NCBI GenBank assembly: GCA_002633005.1
Contig: NMRA01000147.1
Location: forward strand, 543,988-607,987
Reading direction: 5' to 3'
Length of the DNA: 64,000 nt
DNA from: Phoronis australis
Lineage: Eukaryota > Animalia > Phoronida
Each line of letters begins with the position of its first letter. Positions within the stretch are counted from its first letter, which is position 1. Below the pieces are notes generated by a model. The model made no database searches and was not told the origin of the DNA. It was given only the letters and a program-made list of their open reading frames with translations. Of the stretch, positions 62,646-64,000 are shown in pieces. A program made the translations under genes and the position numbers.

Positions 62646-63722
62646 GTTTCTGGATCAGCATGTGTCAGTCCGTTACATGAGAATGCAGCTGAGTTCTTAC
62701 TGAGATGTGAAATCTGGTCAGCTGCCATGGTGAAACTGAAACGTGTGAGAACAATTGTAAATAGAATTACAGTGATTCTTATTGTAATTTTTAGATTTGT
62801 GAAATTTGCCACAATCGCATTGCTTTCCCTATCATTTGGACCTAATACTCAGACTCCGACCACGTCACTTGTTTGAAATGTATTTATCTGGTGAACTGAA
62901 AATCGTCTAACTTGTGCAATATATATCTTTTCACAGGCTTGCCACTTTTGCTGCTCTTTCGAGAAAGGGGCACACATTTTTTTCAAATTGCTTTAGTGCT
63001 GCAATTTTGATTCATATTGAAAATGCCAATTATGAAGTGTTGTAAACGAGACATTTTAGGTTAAAAATCTTCTTGACTGTTGCTTTGGGTAGAAGCTTTG
63101 CATTATTTTCACACACAATTTACATTATACTTTTTGTAAAATTCAACTTGTAAAGCCAGTGACTAGCATGCCACCTGATTTGGGATGCATCTGAATACAG
63201 TCACAGTGAAATGTCTTGCAATTGTAATATTGAACAAAGCTCTTGTCGCTGTCACAATATGAACCTTGTTCTGAGACTATACTAACATGTGTTTACCTTG
63301 TTTCTTTGAACAGTGTCTTTCCTCTCTTCTTGATTGGCTCAGTTGCAGCCCGAGGTTTAGGGGGAGGACGCACTGGTGTGACCCTGTCATATTGGCACGC
63401 TGGCAGAGGGTTTGGGTTTTCATTTGTAGGCTTTCCATCTTTGATGTGCTAAATTAATTTGAAGTGAGAATTTTTACCTCAAAAGAAACATTTTGATTTC
63501 AGTAAAAGCTATGATTTTCTGGGCGTTAGCTCAATTCCTGGGTATCTGGCTTTTCACCACATTTGTTTCAGTGATTAAACAAGATACAGAAAACTTTCAC
63601 ACTATTGTTAAAGGTGCAATTTATCCACTTTAAGCATCTAAATTACTAAGTTTAGCTTTCGAAATTGACCACTTACCACTATAACATTGATTCTTACTCA
63701 CGAAAACAACAACGGATTTAAA

Positions 63723-63768
63723 ACTTGACATGTTTCGGTGTCATTTATTAAACACCATCCTCAGAAGT
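63723..63768 (-). ncRNA. Minimal type I hammerhead ribozyme
   Basis: Minus strand ACTT-CTGAGGA-T-GGTGT(ttaataaatg)ACACC-GAAAC-AT-GTC-AAGT: intact core, stem I ACTT/AAGT, stem II GGTGT/ACACC, palindromic stem III (ACATGT), GUC cleavage triplet. Confidence 0.8.
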
Positions 63769-63849
63769 CATAATACAGTGGCCACCTAGCTAGGCCCAGC
63801 AACAAGTAATGAAGCACAGATACAGTCAGTTACAGGGAGTGACAATGAA

Positions 63850-63999
63850 CTATACCAACAATGACAACCTGTGGTGTGTCAGTTGCCTATTGAGATTGGG
63901 CTTGCACCAACTGATATGTAAAGCCTCACGAATTTTAAGCTCCTTTGTTGTTACTGCCTGGTCTATTATTGCAAAGTCATTGAAAGAGCACTGCTGATA
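63850..63999 (-). mobile_element. Penelope-like retroelement ORF C-terminus (GIY-YIG endonuclease tail), continuing beyond the right edge
   Basis: The minus frame reads YQQCSFNDFAIIDQAVTTKELKIREALHISWCKPNLNRQLTHHRLSLLV*, matching the F.I....LKI.E.L.I...KP.LN.Q end of PLE GIY-YIG domains. A hammerhead lies ~80 nt downstream. Confidence 0.78.
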
Positions 64000-64000
64000 A

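Larger units (their letters stand above)
56230..63450 (-). pseudogene. ISL2EU/Harbinger-like (DDE_Tnp_4) transposase pseudogene with introns, interrupted by Gypsy
   Basis: THAP-C-terminal-like exon ~63450-63297 (HIKDGKPTNENPNPL); putative exon 62736-62620; exon from 61621 (HTH: HTGFTFEEF..IFDFL, LLLTLTKLRLNFDFKHLA..YGIS). The frame rejoins across the Gypsy TSD as ILYKHMLP|KYKKDFPDTFLIIDGTEIKVEKPS...YSHYKS..TIKGLVGVDPRG..FIS..FSG..SD...MADKGF...IPPF. Stop at ~56230; several frameshifts. Confidence 0.85.

Overview
Animal (invertebrate-like, AT-rich) nuclear DNA with spliced genes and many transposon remnants; the ORF track is mostly noise, so gene models were built by hand from splice signals and reading-frame phase. 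Host genes: the 5' end of a secreted or membrane SEA-like-domain gene (minus, runs off the left edge), a 3-exon GPR157-like GPCR (plus), a C11orf54/PTD012 ester-hydrolase homolog (plus; one GC-AG intron and one apparently missing exon) and an 18-exon TRMT2A (minus, about 624 aa, tail-to-tail with C11orf54). Mobile DNA: two Kolobok-like THAP elements with TTAA TSDs, an IS3EU-like MITE, hAT-like and palindromic MITEs, tRNA-derived repeats and a degenerate Gypsy. The right end is a nested complex: an intact young Mag-type Gypsy (144-bp LTRs, 1 mismatch, GGCAG TSD) inserted in an ISL2EU/Harbinger-like transposase pseudogene. That pseudogene holds an antisense YqaJ nuclease exon in one intron and is followed by a Penelope GIY-YIG tail with a minimal hammerhead ribozyme. 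The most unusual observations are the interdigitated transposase/YqaJ architecture, the hammerhead motifs, the fold-back Kolobok ends and tandem copies of a TRMT2A splice acceptor. None is demonstrably a new system without database searches.
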